IMG/VR virus record: IMGVR_UViG_3300043432_000146
Span: 1-54,613 of that record
Direction: 5' to 3' (one strand)
Length of the DNA: 54,613 nt
Source of the DNA: a virus
Lineage: Duplodnaviria > Caudoviricetes
The notes under the pieces were generated by a model that did no database searches, was not told the DNA's origin, and saw nothing but the letters and a program-made list of their open reading frames with translations. Of this stretch, positions 17,572 through 27,347 are shown one piece after another. Numbering within the stretch: position 1 is the stretch's first letter; the number at the start of each line of letters is the position of its first letter. The position numbers and the translations under genes are program-made.

Positions 17572-17934
17572 ATGTCACTTAATCCAAATACCTACGTTCG
17601 GAAGCGTGCCCCTAGGCAACAGCCAGTTGCTGTTCTAACAGGATCAGCAGACGCCATTGATATTGCTGTTGGTGATATCTTTGTTCTTAATAGGGATAGC
17701 GCAATTAATTCAGCTACCTTAGCTGATCCAGCTACATCAGACGATGGTAGAGTAATTTGGGTAGTTAATGGAACTACTCAAGCAAATACCATTACTATTA
17801 CTAATGGTCTAGGTGGATCCGGTGGCTCCTATGATACCCTTACATTTACGAACGTCACTGCAGCTAATGTAACACTGCGTGCATATGGCGGCAAATGGTA
17901 TCTTGTTAGCCAGTATCTCACGACAGTTTCATAA
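17572..17934 (+). CDS. putative structural protein (fibre-like beta domain)
   Basis: TLADPATSDDGRVIWVVNGT...VTLRAYGGKWY. Confidence 0.7.
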   Translation: MSLNPNTYVRKRAPRQQPVAVLTGSADAIDIAVGDIFVLNRDSAINSATLADPATSDDGRVIWVVNGTTQANTITITNGLGGSGGSYDTLTFTNVTAANVTLRAYGGKWYLVSQYLTTVS

Positions 17935-17986
17935 CCTCTGAAGCAGGGCAGGGGCTCTGACTTCTTATTGAAAGGAATCCCCTCAA

Positions 17987-19069
17987 ATGGCAACACATTA
18001 CATTCACAAGTTTGGTAGTATTGGTGCTTTCTCAGCAGATTCCCCTAGCCGCCCTAATGCTGGTGGTATCGGGGTTGTTGATGGCGCAGTTTGGGTTAAT
18101 CTTGGTAGTGGGCCTGTTCCGCTGAGTGCTGCAGGATTTGGGCAGAGCGGCGTTGTTCGCTATGTCAATCCGGCTGTCTCTACTGCCTATCAGACCATTG
18201 CTGCAGCTATTGCAGCTTCTAGCCAGGGAGACACTATTCTTATTGCTCCTCTTGAAGCTGAGTCAGCCTCTGGTGATACAGATCCTGATAGCTATGCTGA
18301 AACACTCATTATTCCAGCAGGTTTGGATGGACTATCATTGGTCGGGATTGCTCGCGGACTAACGCAGGGTGGACAGCCACAGATCAAGATTGGAGCTGGT
18401 TCTACTGCGATGATTGAGGTCCAGGCGTTTGGCTGTCTAATTGCAGGTCTGACAATCAATGGTGCAGGCTCGACAGGTGGTGGTATCAAGATCACATCTA
18501 ATGGCAGTACCCAGGATGCTGGTGGCCTAGTTATTGCAGGTAATCACTTCAAGAACTGTAAAGGTTCAGCATCAGCTCAGGATGCAGCAGCTATCTTCTG
18601 GAGCACGAATGGTGCATCTTGGTATCCAATGATTGTTGGCAATAACTTCTTTGATTGCCGTATTGGTGTACTTCTACCAGGAACTGGCATTGATAGGCCC
18701 AAGGATGTCAAGATCATTGGTAATAGGTTCTATTCCAGTGCTAATACCACAGTAGATTGCGATATCCTGCTCTCAGGTGGATCTGGTGTTAATGGCCTAG
18801 TCATTGACCGTAACGTCTTTGGTACTGTTGATGTTCCAGCCTATGCTACTGGCACAGTTACACAGCGGTATTTGGATCTTACCAACTGCACGAATGGTAT
18901 TCTAAGTAACAACGTGTTCGCATGCTTGGTTGGCCCTACTGGTCAGACTGAGGTTACTTTTGGTGCAGCTGGAACAGCAGCTAAAGTTCCAACCACAGTA
19001 AGAATGGCTGCTAATGCAGGTGAAGCTGCAGCAGCAACTGGCTCAGAACTATACGCAGGTAGAACGTAA
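17987..19069 (+). CDS. right-handed beta-helix (pectate-lyase-like) tailspike/depolymerase
   Basis: YQTIAAAIAASSQGDTILI and repeated I.GN.F motifs. Confidence 0.75.
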   Translation: MATHYIHKFGSIGAFSADSPSRPNAGGIGVVDGAVWVNLGSGPVPLSAAGFGQSGVVRYVNPAVSTAYQTIAAAIAASSQGDTILIAPLEAESASGDTDPDSYAETLIIPAGLDGLSLVGIARGLTQGGQPQIKIGAGSTAMIEVQAFGCLIAGLTINGAGSTGGGIKITSNGSTQDAGGLVIAGNHFKNCKGSASAQDAAAIFWSTNGASWYPMIVGNNFFDCRIGVLLPGTGIDRPKDVKIIGNRFYSSANTTVDCDILLSGGSGVNGLVIDRNVFGTVDVPAYATGTVTQRYLDLTNCTNGILSNNVFACLVGPTGQTEVTFGAAGTAAKVPTTVRMAANAGEAAAATGSELYAGRT

Positions 19070-19123
19070 TAGCTAATTATGGGGAGCCCTAGCAATGGGG
19101 CTCTCCTGCCATCAAGGAGCCGT

Positions 19124-19288
19124 ATGCCTATAGATCGTGTATCGCTCGAAGCCGACCTTGCCAACCTTAAAGAAACTCGGGACCAGCTTATTGCTAATGT
19201 TAATGCTACTGTTGGGGCTATTCAGTATATAGAAAAAAAGCTTCAAGAACCAGCTGGTTATGAATCTGCTACTGAAATAAAGGACTAA
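19124..19288 (+). CDS. small coiled-coil protein (possible fibre chaperone)
   Basis: Start MPIDRVS after AAGGAG. Confidence 0.65.
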   Translation: MPIDRVSLEADLANLKETRDQLIANVNATVGAIQYIEKKLQEPAGYESATEIKD

Positions 19289-19291
19289 CTT

Positions 19292-19666
19292 ATGATGGGT
19301 GACTACACTCGTAGACGGGTCATCTATCAGGATGCTAGCACAACCGCTGATTTTGCTGCAACTGATGGAAATACAACCCTCATAACGGGTAAAACAGGCC
19401 GCACGATTTATGTGCAGCGAATTATTGTGACTATCAAAACGAGTGCAGCACAGGCCATTACTTTTGAGGATTCTGCATCTACGCCAGTATATATAGCTAA
19501 GGTGACTGCAAATCCTGGGGCTGATACTCGGTGGGATTTTGACTTTGGGCCAGAAGGAAAAGCACTGACTTCTGCGAAGAACCTGGCTATGGATATGACT
19601 GCTGGAAATGCTGGTCATGTTGAAGTTTTGGCCTACTTCAAGCCTGATCCTGTTGTTGCTGCATGA
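19292..19666 (+). CDS. putative structural protein
   Basis: 124 aa, beta-rich; similar pattern to the C-terminal part of 20765..21232. Confidence 0.7.
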   Translation: MMGDYTRRRVIYQDASTTADFAATDGNTTLITGKTGRTIYVQRIIVTIKTSAAQAITFEDSASTPVYIAKVTANPGADTRWDFDFGPEGKALTSAKNLAMDMTAGNAGHVEVLAYFKPDPVVAA

Positions 19667-19703
19667 TAGTCGATACTTCATTACTGCATAATAGAGATAA
19701 ATA

Positions 19704-20297
19704 ATGGCAACAACTCCATATTCTACTACTACTGGTGTGGTCTATGTTATTGGATCATTACCAACAACACCAGTCACACTGGGCGGAACTGGTACACAAA
19801 CCCAGTTTACGCAGGGCTCAGTGGTGTTTGCGGGGGCGAATGGCATTTACGCACAGGACAATGCGAATTTTAACTACAACGTGGGAACAGGGGTGCTTGC
19901 GCTCCTCGCGAGCACGGCAGCGGTTCGCCTTGGGGCGGCACCGGCCACGACCGGGCGTTTACAATACTCATATGGTGGGGGCGCCGTCACCCGAAATCGC
20001 ACCAATGACGGGGATGTCGGCATACTAGGAATGGGCGGTTTTGCCGATGATGACTACATTGAGTTCGGCGACAATCAGCAGCACGGCGTCAGTAAGCCGC
20101 TGGGCATTAAATTCTACCCCGGAAGCGCCGCCAAACTCCAGCTTGATACCAACGGTGCCATGACACTCAGCGGCACCCTTGACGCGACTGCATATAAAGT
20201 CGCAACGGTTGCCGGGATTGATGCATCAGTAACTACTGGGAGTTTGGTCGGCAAGACCATGACCTTTAGTAAGGGTATTCTCACTGGGTTCGCATAA
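19704..20297 (+). CDS. tail fibre-like protein
   Basis: PVTLGGTG...GSVVFAG...QDNANF and LQLDTNG fibre motifs; CpG-rich interior. Confidence 0.7.
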   Translation: MATTPYSTTTGVVYVIGSLPTTPVTLGGTGTQTQFTQGSVVFAGANGIYAQDNANFNYNVGTGVLALLASTAAVRLGAAPATTGRLQYSYGGGAVTRNRTNDGDVGILGMGGFADDDYIEFGDNQQHGVSKPLGIKFYPGSAAKLQLDTNGAMTLSGTLDATAYKVATVAGIDASVTTGSLVGKTMTFSKGILTGFA

Positions 20298-20341
20298 GCC
20301 AAAGCTTACAGCTAGGCTTACAGCCAAGGCAAGGGCAGCAT

Positions 20342-20542
20342 ATGGATCGTATCGATACTATTATTGTACAGCCAATTATTACCACCTATGATGATGCTGG
20401 AAAACCAATTCATGAGCGTGCTGGTCAGGCTATGAAGCTGTTTAAAGCTAGCCAGCCGGATGTCTGGGTGTTATGTGATAAGTTGCTAGAAGAGTCCCAA
20501 GCCAACACCGAAGGATATACCGGCACCATTAAAGTAAGTTAA
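20342..20542 (+). CDS. hypothetical protein
   Basis: ORF in operon. Confidence 0.6.
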   Translation: MDRIDTIIVQPIITTYDDAGKPIHERAGQAMKLFKASQPDVWVLCDKLLEESQANTEGYTGTIKVS

Positions 20543-20543
20543 T

Positions 20544-20762
20544 ATGGCTGACTCAGAGTTCTTAATCCAAGTCGTCCATAAAACTACAGGGACAGTAGTA
20601 TCGTGGGAACCTGGCCGCGAAGTAGAGTATCAGTTTGAAACTGAGCTATTAAATCGTGTGGCAGCCAAAGGTGTAGGTATAGCTCGCACAACAACTCATG
20701 TTCTTGATGATGTCCGTACAGCACTTCGTGAGCTATTGTATGATCTAAAACGGCGGGTGTAA
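20544..20762 (+). CDS. hypothetical protein
   Basis: ORF in operon. Confidence 0.65.
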   Translation: MADSEFLIQVVHKTTGTVVSWEPGREVEYQFETELLNRVAAKGVGIARTTTHVLDDVRTALRELLYDLKRRV

Positions 20763-20764
20763 GT

Positions 20765-21232
20765 ATGGCCCAGTGGGAAAATGTTCTCACACGCTATTGG
20801 AATGTTGGAACGCTGAGCTGGGAGCGCGGTCAGCAGCCCCTACTTTCAACTGATACTCTTACAGTTACTGTTCCAGATGCAGCAACACAAACCACCCTTG
20901 CACTGGTTAAAGCCAATACAGATTCCTACAAAGTTATAGCAGCAAGCGGTTCAGTAAATAGTGCTGGAAATAATACCTGCATTACACCAAGTTCAGGAAA
21001 AAGACTACGGCTGTTCTATATCTCATATAATCCATTCCTAGCTGTAGAGGTTGCTTTCAGGTTTGGGGTATCAGGTCCTCTTTTTCTTCGTAGTAAGCTC
21101 ATGGCTGGTGGTGTTATCTCCAAAGATTTTGGAGCTAGCCGCTATCTAGAAGGAGCTATTGACGAGCCATTGATTCTAAATTTAAGTGGTAGTGTTGATA
21201 CTATCTGGAATGCATTTTATATAGAGGTTTAA
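20765..21232 (+). CDS. putative structural protein
   Basis: 155 aa; ITPSSGKRLRL beta domain. Confidence 0.65.
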   Translation: MAQWENVLTRYWNVGTLSWERGQQPLLSTDTLTVTVPDAATQTTLALVKANTDSYKVIAASGSVNSAGNNTCITPSSGKRLRLFYISYNPFLAVEVAFRFGVSGPLFLRSKLMAGGVISKDFGASRYLEGAIDEPLILNLSGSVDTIWNAFYIEV

Positions 21233-21235
21233 TTC

Positions 21236-21661
21236 ATGTCAGCTATTTTTAATGGTAATGTCAGAACACTTACTAATACCTATGCACTCGATGTTGCATT
21301 AGTTGATAGCAATGGTGATCAGCTTACAACTCCGTTTGATGTTAATGTAGCTAATACACCACTAGATGTAAATGTTACAGCATCATATCCAGCTAATTCT
21401 ACTCTAGCATCAGTAACGGTAGCTACTACGAGCATTACGCTAGCAGCTGCTAATGCTAACCGCCGACAATTGCTTCTGTTTAATGATGGTAGTAATGTGG
21501 TCTATGTAGCTTTCGCGGCTACGGCTACTTCTACGGCGTTCTCAGTAAGAATTGCTGCTAATGGCTTCTATGAGACGCCGCTTAATGGCTATACTGGGAT
21601 TGTAACTGCTATCCGAACCTCAGGGTCTGGTGCGGTTAGAGTTACCGAAGTCACTGTATAA
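21236..21661 (+). CDS. putative structural protein
   Basis: LAAANANRRQLLLFNDG...YTGIVTAI pattern seen in small virion proteins. Confidence 0.7.
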   Translation: MSAIFNGNVRTLTNTYALDVALVDSNGDQLTTPFDVNVANTPLDVNVTASYPANSTLASVTVATTSITLAAANANRRQLLLFNDGSNVVYVAFAATATSTAFSVRIAANGFYETPLNGYTGIVTAIRTSGSGAVRVTEVTV

Positions 21662-21672
21662 GGATTGAATAG

Positions 21673-22125
21673 ATGGCTGCCTATGTTAAGTACTTTCAAT
21701 TCGTCGAGGATCTAACACAGAAAGTCCATGACCTATTTGGCACGGCTGGATCTACAGCTGATACCTGTAAAGTCATGCTCTCGAATACAGCTGGTGATGT
21801 GGCTCAGACCTTAGCTACACGTTCTCAGGTTACTGAGATTGCTAATGGTAATGGTTATGCTACTGGTGGAATCTCTATTGCTAATGTAGGTACCAGATCT
21901 TCTGGCACCTTTACAATGCAGGGTTCACAGTGTGTCTGGACTTCGAGTGGTGCTGGCATGGCACAGTTTCGATATGTGATTCTGTATAATGATACACCTA
22001 CTAGTCCCGCTGATCCACTAATTGCCTCCTGGGATTATGGCTCAGGTTTAACCCTCCTTGCTGGTGAAACTTTTACCGTGAAGTTTAATGCTGCTAATCC
22101 TGGTGATGTATTTACACTAGCGTAG
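21673..22125 (+). CDS. putative virion structural protein
   Basis: EIANGNGYATGG, FRYVILYNDT, PLIASWDYGS. Confidence 0.75.
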   Translation: MAAYVKYFQFVEDLTQKVHDLFGTAGSTADTCKVMLSNTAGDVAQTLATRSQVTEIANGNGYATGGISIANVGTRSSGTFTMQGSQCVWTSSGAGMAQFRYVILYNDTPTSPADPLIASWDYGSGLTLLAGETFTVKFNAANPGDVFTLA

Positions 22126-22134
22126 GGGATCGTT

Positions 22135-22290
22135 ATGCCAAATATGTGCTGTGCGGTTTCGGACAACTTAGAACTCCAAACGAGCGAGAAACCAGATCTC
22201 ATCGTCAGGAAGTGTCGTATTTGTGGGCTGCGACATTTTGAACTTTCCATTGATCCCATTAAGTTGGGCTTAAAGGGAGCGAGCTTGTGA
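22135..22290 (+). CDS. small Cys-rich protein
   Basis: Manual: MPNMCCAVSDNLELQTSEKPDLIVRKCRICGLRHFELSIDPIKLGLKGASL; AGGGG RBS, GTGA overlap with next gene. Confidence 0.65.
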   Translation: MPNMCCAVSDNLELQTSEKPDLIVRKCRICGLRHFELSIDPIKLGLKGASL

Positions 22291-23408
22291 TCTTTGAGCG
22301 GTTTACTCATTCCGGTCGTTTAGAGCGATGGCTAGGTACGGATGTGGTTGAACATCTTTCACTGTCTATGAAGGATTGGTATGGGCCACCTATTGCCATT
22401 GGCGGTATACCTGGAAATGTCTGGGCCATGAAGGGTGGGGAGTTTAAGGGCCGTATTGGTGCCGGAGAGATGTCTTCTGCCTTAGATTTTGCCGAACAGC
22501 GTGTTAAACGGATGTGGCATAATACCGTCCATCGCCAGATGCTAACGCTCAATACAGGATTTTCTAGCCTATCTGACCTAATTAGTGAAGCTACAAACGC
22601 TGGCAAACGCTATACCTATCAGTTTCAGAAAGCTGGTCCTACAGGTGTAGCGAATGTCACTAGCTCACTATGGAGATTGGGTAATCAGCCACCTGCTGGG
22701 GCAGCCCCAGCTAACGCAGCAGCAGGTACAGTTTATGTTGACTCTTCTACAGGTGGGTTCCTGTTTACAAACCCAACCAACCCTGACACCCAGCATTTTA
22801 CAGTAGGCTATCCGATAGCTAGTGTGGCAGGTAATACCTTACTTCTTTATGATCTGCTGTTTGGCTGTAACAAAACCATGAACAGTACTGGCACTGAGGC
22901 GGTGACAGGTGTTCCAACACGCTATCAGAATCAGACTGGTGGCACAGCTGACTATATTGGGGGAAATTTTCTGTCAATACATGTGGGTGGAACGGCTTTA
23001 GCTGCCACTGCCCATAACTGGACTGTCTGCACCTATACAGATCAAGATGGTGCAGCCAGTACCTTACCATCGGTCACAGGGGTTAGTAGTGCCATTGTTG
23101 ACCGCCTTGATCAACCAACCAATACCTGGTTCTGTCCTCTAGCGGCCGGAGATGTGGGCATAAAAGCCCTCACACAAATGCAGTGCTCAGCCCTTGTAGC
23201 CACTGGTGTGATCTGGTTTATGATTGGTCATCCTATCTGTTGGATGCCCTGCCCACTTGCAAATATTGTCTGTGTGGCTGATGGGATCAATACTGCTTTT
23301 AACCTGACTAGAATTTTTGATGACGCTTGCCTAGCATTTCTAGAAGTCATAAAGCCCAGTACCACAGCAACCACCTACAATGGTCAGTTTGAAGCCGTAG
23401 CTGGATAG
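22287..23408 (+). CDS. putative virion structural protein
   Basis: 373 aa, Thr/Gly-rich, within the structural operon. Confidence 0.75.
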   Translation: MIFERFTHSGRLERWLGTDVVEHLSLSMKDWYGPPIAIGGIPGNVWAMKGGEFKGRIGAGEMSSALDFAEQRVKRMWHNTVHRQMLTLNTGFSSLSDLISEATNAGKRYTYQFQKAGPTGVANVTSSLWRLGNQPPAGAAPANAAAGTVYVDSSTGGFLFTNPTNPDTQHFTVGYPIASVAGNTLLLYDLLFGCNKTMNSTGTEAVTGVPTRYQNQTGGTADYIGGNFLSIHVGGTALAATAHNWTVCTYTDQDGAASTLPSVTGVSSAIVDRLDQPTNTWFCPLAAGDVGIKALTQMQCSALVATGVIWFMIGHPICWMPCPLANIVCVADGINTAFNLTRIFDDACLAFLEVIKPSTTATTYNGQFEAVAG

Positions 23409-23424
23409 CCTTTCCGACAATCAG

Positions 23425-24210
23425 ATGACCAATGGACGTATTTACTGTACAGGACGAGGACTATTTAGGGCATGCCAGCTACAGTGGGCACCCGCTAGAA
23501 CGTACCATGATCCTAATCCTCCTATCCTGATTGATCCTCAGGGGACCTTTGATTTCCCAGCCTTACCAACAACCTACGTCACAACTGGTGTTGCTACCGG
23601 AACCCTTAGTGATAGGTTACTAGCAGCTAATCCAGGTACGTATACTACTACTGGTATAGCTGCAGATACCCTAGCGGCTAGGATCCTGACCCTAAGCCCA
23701 GGTGCCTACCTCATTACTGGGGTAGATGGGGATCTTAATCGTGGTTATAACTTAGTTTTAGATCCAGGCGTTTATACCACTACAGGTCTAGATGCAAGCC
23801 TAGTAAAAGCCACTGCTGGCTACACTTTAAATGCTGATCCTGGTGCTTACGCTATTTCTGGGGTGATTGCTAGCTTATTTGCGGATCGATTTTTATCTGC
23901 CAACACAGGAATATATCTTATCTCTGGTTCTGCCGCTGACAGCCTGGCTGGTAGAAGTGTAACGGCAGATCCTGGTAGTTACCTAGTTTCCGGCAACGCA
24001 GCATCTGAGCTATTAACCAGACTACTCAGTGCAAATCCTGGTACTTACGCTGTAGCCGGGGTTGATTCTGACCTCAGGCTTAGTGATGTCATCCTACAAG
24101 CCACTCCAGGGGTTTACTTAGTAACTGGAGACTCAGCTAAGGCTATCCTGGAAGTTGATCAGTTCCCTGTTGGTAGTGGTGGGGCTTTTGTTGTAATTAT
24201 AAATGACTGA
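23425..24210 (+). CDS. repeat-containing fibre-like structural protein
   Basis: ~22-aa repeats L.A(N/D)PG.Y.(I/T)(T/S)G. Confidence 0.75.
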   Translation: MTNGRIYCTGRGLFRACQLQWAPARTYHDPNPPILIDPQGTFDFPALPTTYVTTGVATGTLSDRLLAANPGTYTTTGIAADTLAARILTLSPGAYLITGVDGDLNRGYNLVLDPGVYTTTGLDASLVKATAGYTLNADPGAYAISGVIASLFADRFLSANTGIYLISGSAADSLAGRSVTADPGSYLVSGNAASELLTRLLSANPGTYAVAGVDSDLRLSDVILQATPGVYLVTGDSAKAILEVDQFPVGSGGAFVVIIND

Positions 24211-24286
24211 TGCAGGGCTACTTTTCATCACTGTGACCTTCATTATCCTGGTCATTTTAGGGATCCTAGCAGCTTTCTCAAATTAA
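24203..24286 (+). CDS. 27-aa single-TM peptide
   Basis: MTDAGLLFITVTFIILVILGILAAFSN fills the gap between two genes. Confidence 0.45.
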   Translation: MTDAGLLFITVTFIILVILGILAAFSN

Positions 24287-24288
24287 TC

Positions 24289-24999
24289 ATGCCTACCCAA
24301 GTCTCTACCATAGAAACTAAAGTCCGCCAGCGCCTAAATGAGCCAGTAGCTAATTTCTGGTCCTCTGCAGAGATACTTGGAATACTAGATGATGGTATTA
24401 AAGATCTGTGGCGTAGTATTACTGACCTTAAGCAGGAGCATTATTTAGTCGTTAATGATACAGATGTAACTTTTGAAGCTAATACTGATCGCCTAACTGG
24501 CGTGCCTACAAATATTCACAAAATCTATCTCATTGAGGCTAGAGATCTTACAACCAACGGCTCTAATGTAGGTTTAAAGTTTGATCCTCTTGACTATAAC
24601 CATAAGAACTTTCAATTAGCCAGATCCAGAGGAGCTATAGATCCTGCTAATGATACTATTTACTATAGTATATCTGGGGCTGGTGGGCCTGTAGAAGCTC
24701 CCATTATAAGGTGTGCCCCAAAAGTTACCAGTAGGGTAAAGATTACTTTTAGCTACATCCCAACTTTGACATCTATTGCAACTGGTACTGATTTTATTCC
24801 CATTCCTGGGGAAGCAGATGCGGCACTTATAGCTTGGACAGTAGCTTTTGCTAGGGCCAAAGAGACTGATGGGCGTATCCCAGATTCTGGCTGGCTAGCT
24901 GTTTATGCAACAGAAAAACAAGCACTGCTACAGAGTCTAGGCTTGCGGGAGTACCAAGAGCCTCACTATGTTGATGCCGTCTTTCAGGAGTATTGGTAA
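24289..24999 (+). CDS. head-to-tail adaptor
   Basis: VRQRLNEP..NFWSSAEILGILDDG N-terminal motif typical of adaptor proteins. Confidence 0.75.
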   Translation: MPTQVSTIETKVRQRLNEPVANFWSSAEILGILDDGIKDLWRSITDLKQEHYLVVNDTDVTFEANTDRLTGVPTNIHKIYLIEARDLTTNGSNVGLKFDPLDYNHKNFQLARSRGAIDPANDTIYYSISGAGGPVEAPIIRCAPKVTSRVKITFSYIPTLTSIATGTDFIPIPGEADAALIAWTVAFARAKETDGRIPDSGWLAVYATEKQALLQSLGLREYQEPHYVDAVFQEYW

Positions 25000-25000
25000 T

Positions 25001-25270
25001 ATGGTTACATTACAGCAAGCTAAAGACTCTGACTGTGATCCACTAGTTGTTGATAAGTTAGTTACTGCGGCCTTAGATGCTATGGAACGGGCCTCAGATC
25101 CAACTTTTACGACACCCTCAGAAATTGCATCAGCCTCTTTTACCCTCTTAGCTCGTACTCTTCAGGCTATGCGAAGGCTCCAAGCTCCCGAGGATAGATT
25201 TTATAATGCCAAGCAAGTAGCTGCCATTCTTAGTGAGCTGCTTGTTGATTACGGCACAGTTCCTAACTAA
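25001..25270 (+). CDS. hypothetical protein
   Basis: Start at 25001 after AGGAG. Confidence 0.65.
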   Translation: MVTLQQAKDSDCDPLVVDKLVTAALDAMERASDPTFTTPSEIASASFTLLARTLQAMRRLQAPEDRFYNAKQVAAILSELLVDYGTVPN

Positions 25271-25305
25271 ATTTTTAACCTACCATCCAAGGATGATCCA
25301 ATTCT

Positions 25306-25689
25306 ATGTCAGCATCTGTAAATAACCTATCATTGATTATCAATCGGCAGGATTCGAGTGGTACTAACGTAGAGAACCGGATGGTTGGGGCTATTTCTTA
25401 TTCTGGAGCAGCCGGTGAGTTTGATATTCGTCAGGCCCCTGATACTAATCAGCATACACTAGATCTTCCAACTACCACCATTTATCAGATCTATATCAAG
25501 AATACCCACTCTAGTGCAACTCTGACTATTGTAGGGACAGTAACTGGTGGATCATCTCAGACAATATGTAAGCTGCCTCCAGGGGCTATATTTGCATACT
25601 GGACGGCAACGGCCGCTAATGGGTTTACTGATCTTAAGTATACATCAGATACATCAGGTAGTACCTTTGAAATGTTCTTGGGCGGCTAA
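25306..25689 (+). CDS. putative structural protein
   Basis: 127 aa, beta-rich. Confidence 0.7.
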   Translation: MSASVNNLSLIINRQDSSGTNVENRMVGAISYSGAAGEFDIRQAPDTNQHTLDLPTTTIYQIYIKNTHSSATLTIVGTVTGGSSQTICKLPPGAIFAYWTATAANGFTDLKYTSDTSGSTFEMFLGG

Positions 25690-25697
25690 GTAGGAAT

Positions 25698-27347
25698 ATG
25701 GCAAATAAAATCTCTGTCTATTCGTTGGGCCATTCTGGGGTAGTTATTGATAAAAACCCCCTGGAACCTAGTCTGCCTGATGATGCACTACGCACAAGCC
25801 AGAATGCTGTCCATGATCCTACCTTAGAACATGGTGGTGCTCTAGTTAAACGTCAGGGATTTAAGCAGTTCAATCTTCTTAATGCTGGTGGTCCTATTCT
25901 TGGTGGGATCCCAATGGCAGTAGCAGGAACTGGTGGGGCTCCAGCTGGTGGCGGTGGCGGAATGACAGGTGGTGGGACGGGTGGAGGTTCGGGAACAGGT
26001 GGTCCAGGAGAAACAGGTGGTACAGGCGGTGGTCCCCCATCTTATCCTCCTCCAGGCTCTGGTACATTTGGTGGTGGTAGCCTCTTTGGTGGAGCACGCC
26101 TTATAGTCATAGGTAGGACCGACAATACTGAAAACAACTCTGGTGGAACGGGCTGGTATATCACTAGTAAGGGTTTAGCAGATGCTGCTATTGCAGCGAC
26201 ATCACCTGGGCCTCCAGGTGGAGTTTATAGCTATCCTCCAGGTATCGGTGAAACTGGTATGCCATATGGCTTTCCATCTGTTGTTAATACCAATAATGGT
26301 AATTGGCTATACTACGCTGCTGCTCATTATCAACCTACACCTACGGTACAGCCTACCATTAGAAAAACTAATGGAGCTGAGGATCTATTAGTAGCAACTA
26401 TCCCAAGAGAGCTTGCTACTCCTAATGGTTATAGTACGCTAGCATCTATTGATGGAACATCCGGTGGGACGCAGCGATCCAGCATCATTACCATGTTTCT
26501 TGGCCCCGATAAAGTTATTTATGTGGGTGTAAAGGATAAATGGTCAGGCCAGACAACATCTAGCTTCTGTGGAAGGGTCTTTAAGCTCTATCCAGAATCA
26601 GGTGCTTTGGTTCAGATTGCCGGAACACCGCCTATCTACCCAATGCTATCCATTCCCTTTACTCTAGGCTACTTCATTAACCGTCCTTGGTGGTGTTCTT
26701 TTAACGATGTGACAGATACTGGTGCTACAATCAATATGTTTGATGTAGAGCAAAAGCATTGGCTTGTTGATAAAACATTACCAAATGAATATGCTAATGT
26801 GACTTGTGGATTAGCTGCTACACCAAACAATAATCCAGAGTTCAACGGTAGGTTATGGTTTGGAGTTGGTGTGAAGAGTGCTTCTCCCATCTTTGCAAGA
26901 CTTTATTCCCGTGGGCAGACTGCTGGGCCTGGGGATGCCAATGCCTGGTTTGCACATCCACTAGCATCAGGCGGCGCTGCACAGAATCATAACTATTATC
27001 CATCAATGGCGGTATTTGGGGATGCACTGTATGCTTCCTACTACAATCATACCCAGACAGCTAAGATCTATAAGATAACCGCCGATAATCCTGGTGATCA
27101 TGAAAGCACTAGTTTTACATTCTCAACTGTGTTTACCAACTCAGGGGTTACAGATCTGGTACCTTATTGGTTATATGTTGATGATGGCGTACTGTATGCA
27201 TATGGATCATTGGGGGTTGGTAGTGGTAGCAATCATCATGCAATGGTGACTACTGATGGAACCAACTGGACCGACCGAACAGCTAATATTGGGGTGTTTG
27301 CCAACGCCAGCTACCCTATTCCCATATTCTTTGGTCTAGATCAGTAA
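25698..27347 (+). CDS. tail protein: nozzle-like N-terminus, Gly-rich linker, beta-propeller-like domain
   Basis: N-terminal G..D..P..LPDD...SQN....G.LVKRQG motif resembles podovirus stabilisation proteins. Confidence 0.7.
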   Translation: MANKISVYSLGHSGVVIDKNPLEPSLPDDALRTSQNAVHDPTLEHGGALVKRQGFKQFNLLNAGGPILGGIPMAVAGTGGAPAGGGGGMTGGGTGGGSGTGGPGETGGTGGGPPSYPPPGSGTFGGGSLFGGARLIVIGRTDNTENNSGGTGWYITSKGLADAAIAATSPGPPGGVYSYPPGIGETGMPYGFPSVVNTNNGNWLYYAAAHYQPTPTVQPTIRKTNGAEDLLVATIPRELATPNGYSTLASIDGTSGGTQRSSIITMFLGPDKVIYVGVKDKWSGQTTSSFCGRVFKLYPESGALVQIAGTPPIYPMLSIPFTLGYFINRPWWCSFNDVTDTGATINMFDVEQKHWLVDKTLPNEYANVTCGLAATPNNNPEFNGRLWFGVGVKSASPIFARLYSRGQTAGPGDANAWFAHPLASGGAAQNHNYYPSMAVFGDALYASYYNHTQTAKIYKITADNPGDHESTSFTFSTVFTNSGVTDLVPYWLYVDDGVLYAYGSLGVGSGSNHHAMVTTDGTNWTDRTANIGVFANASYPIPIFFGLDQ

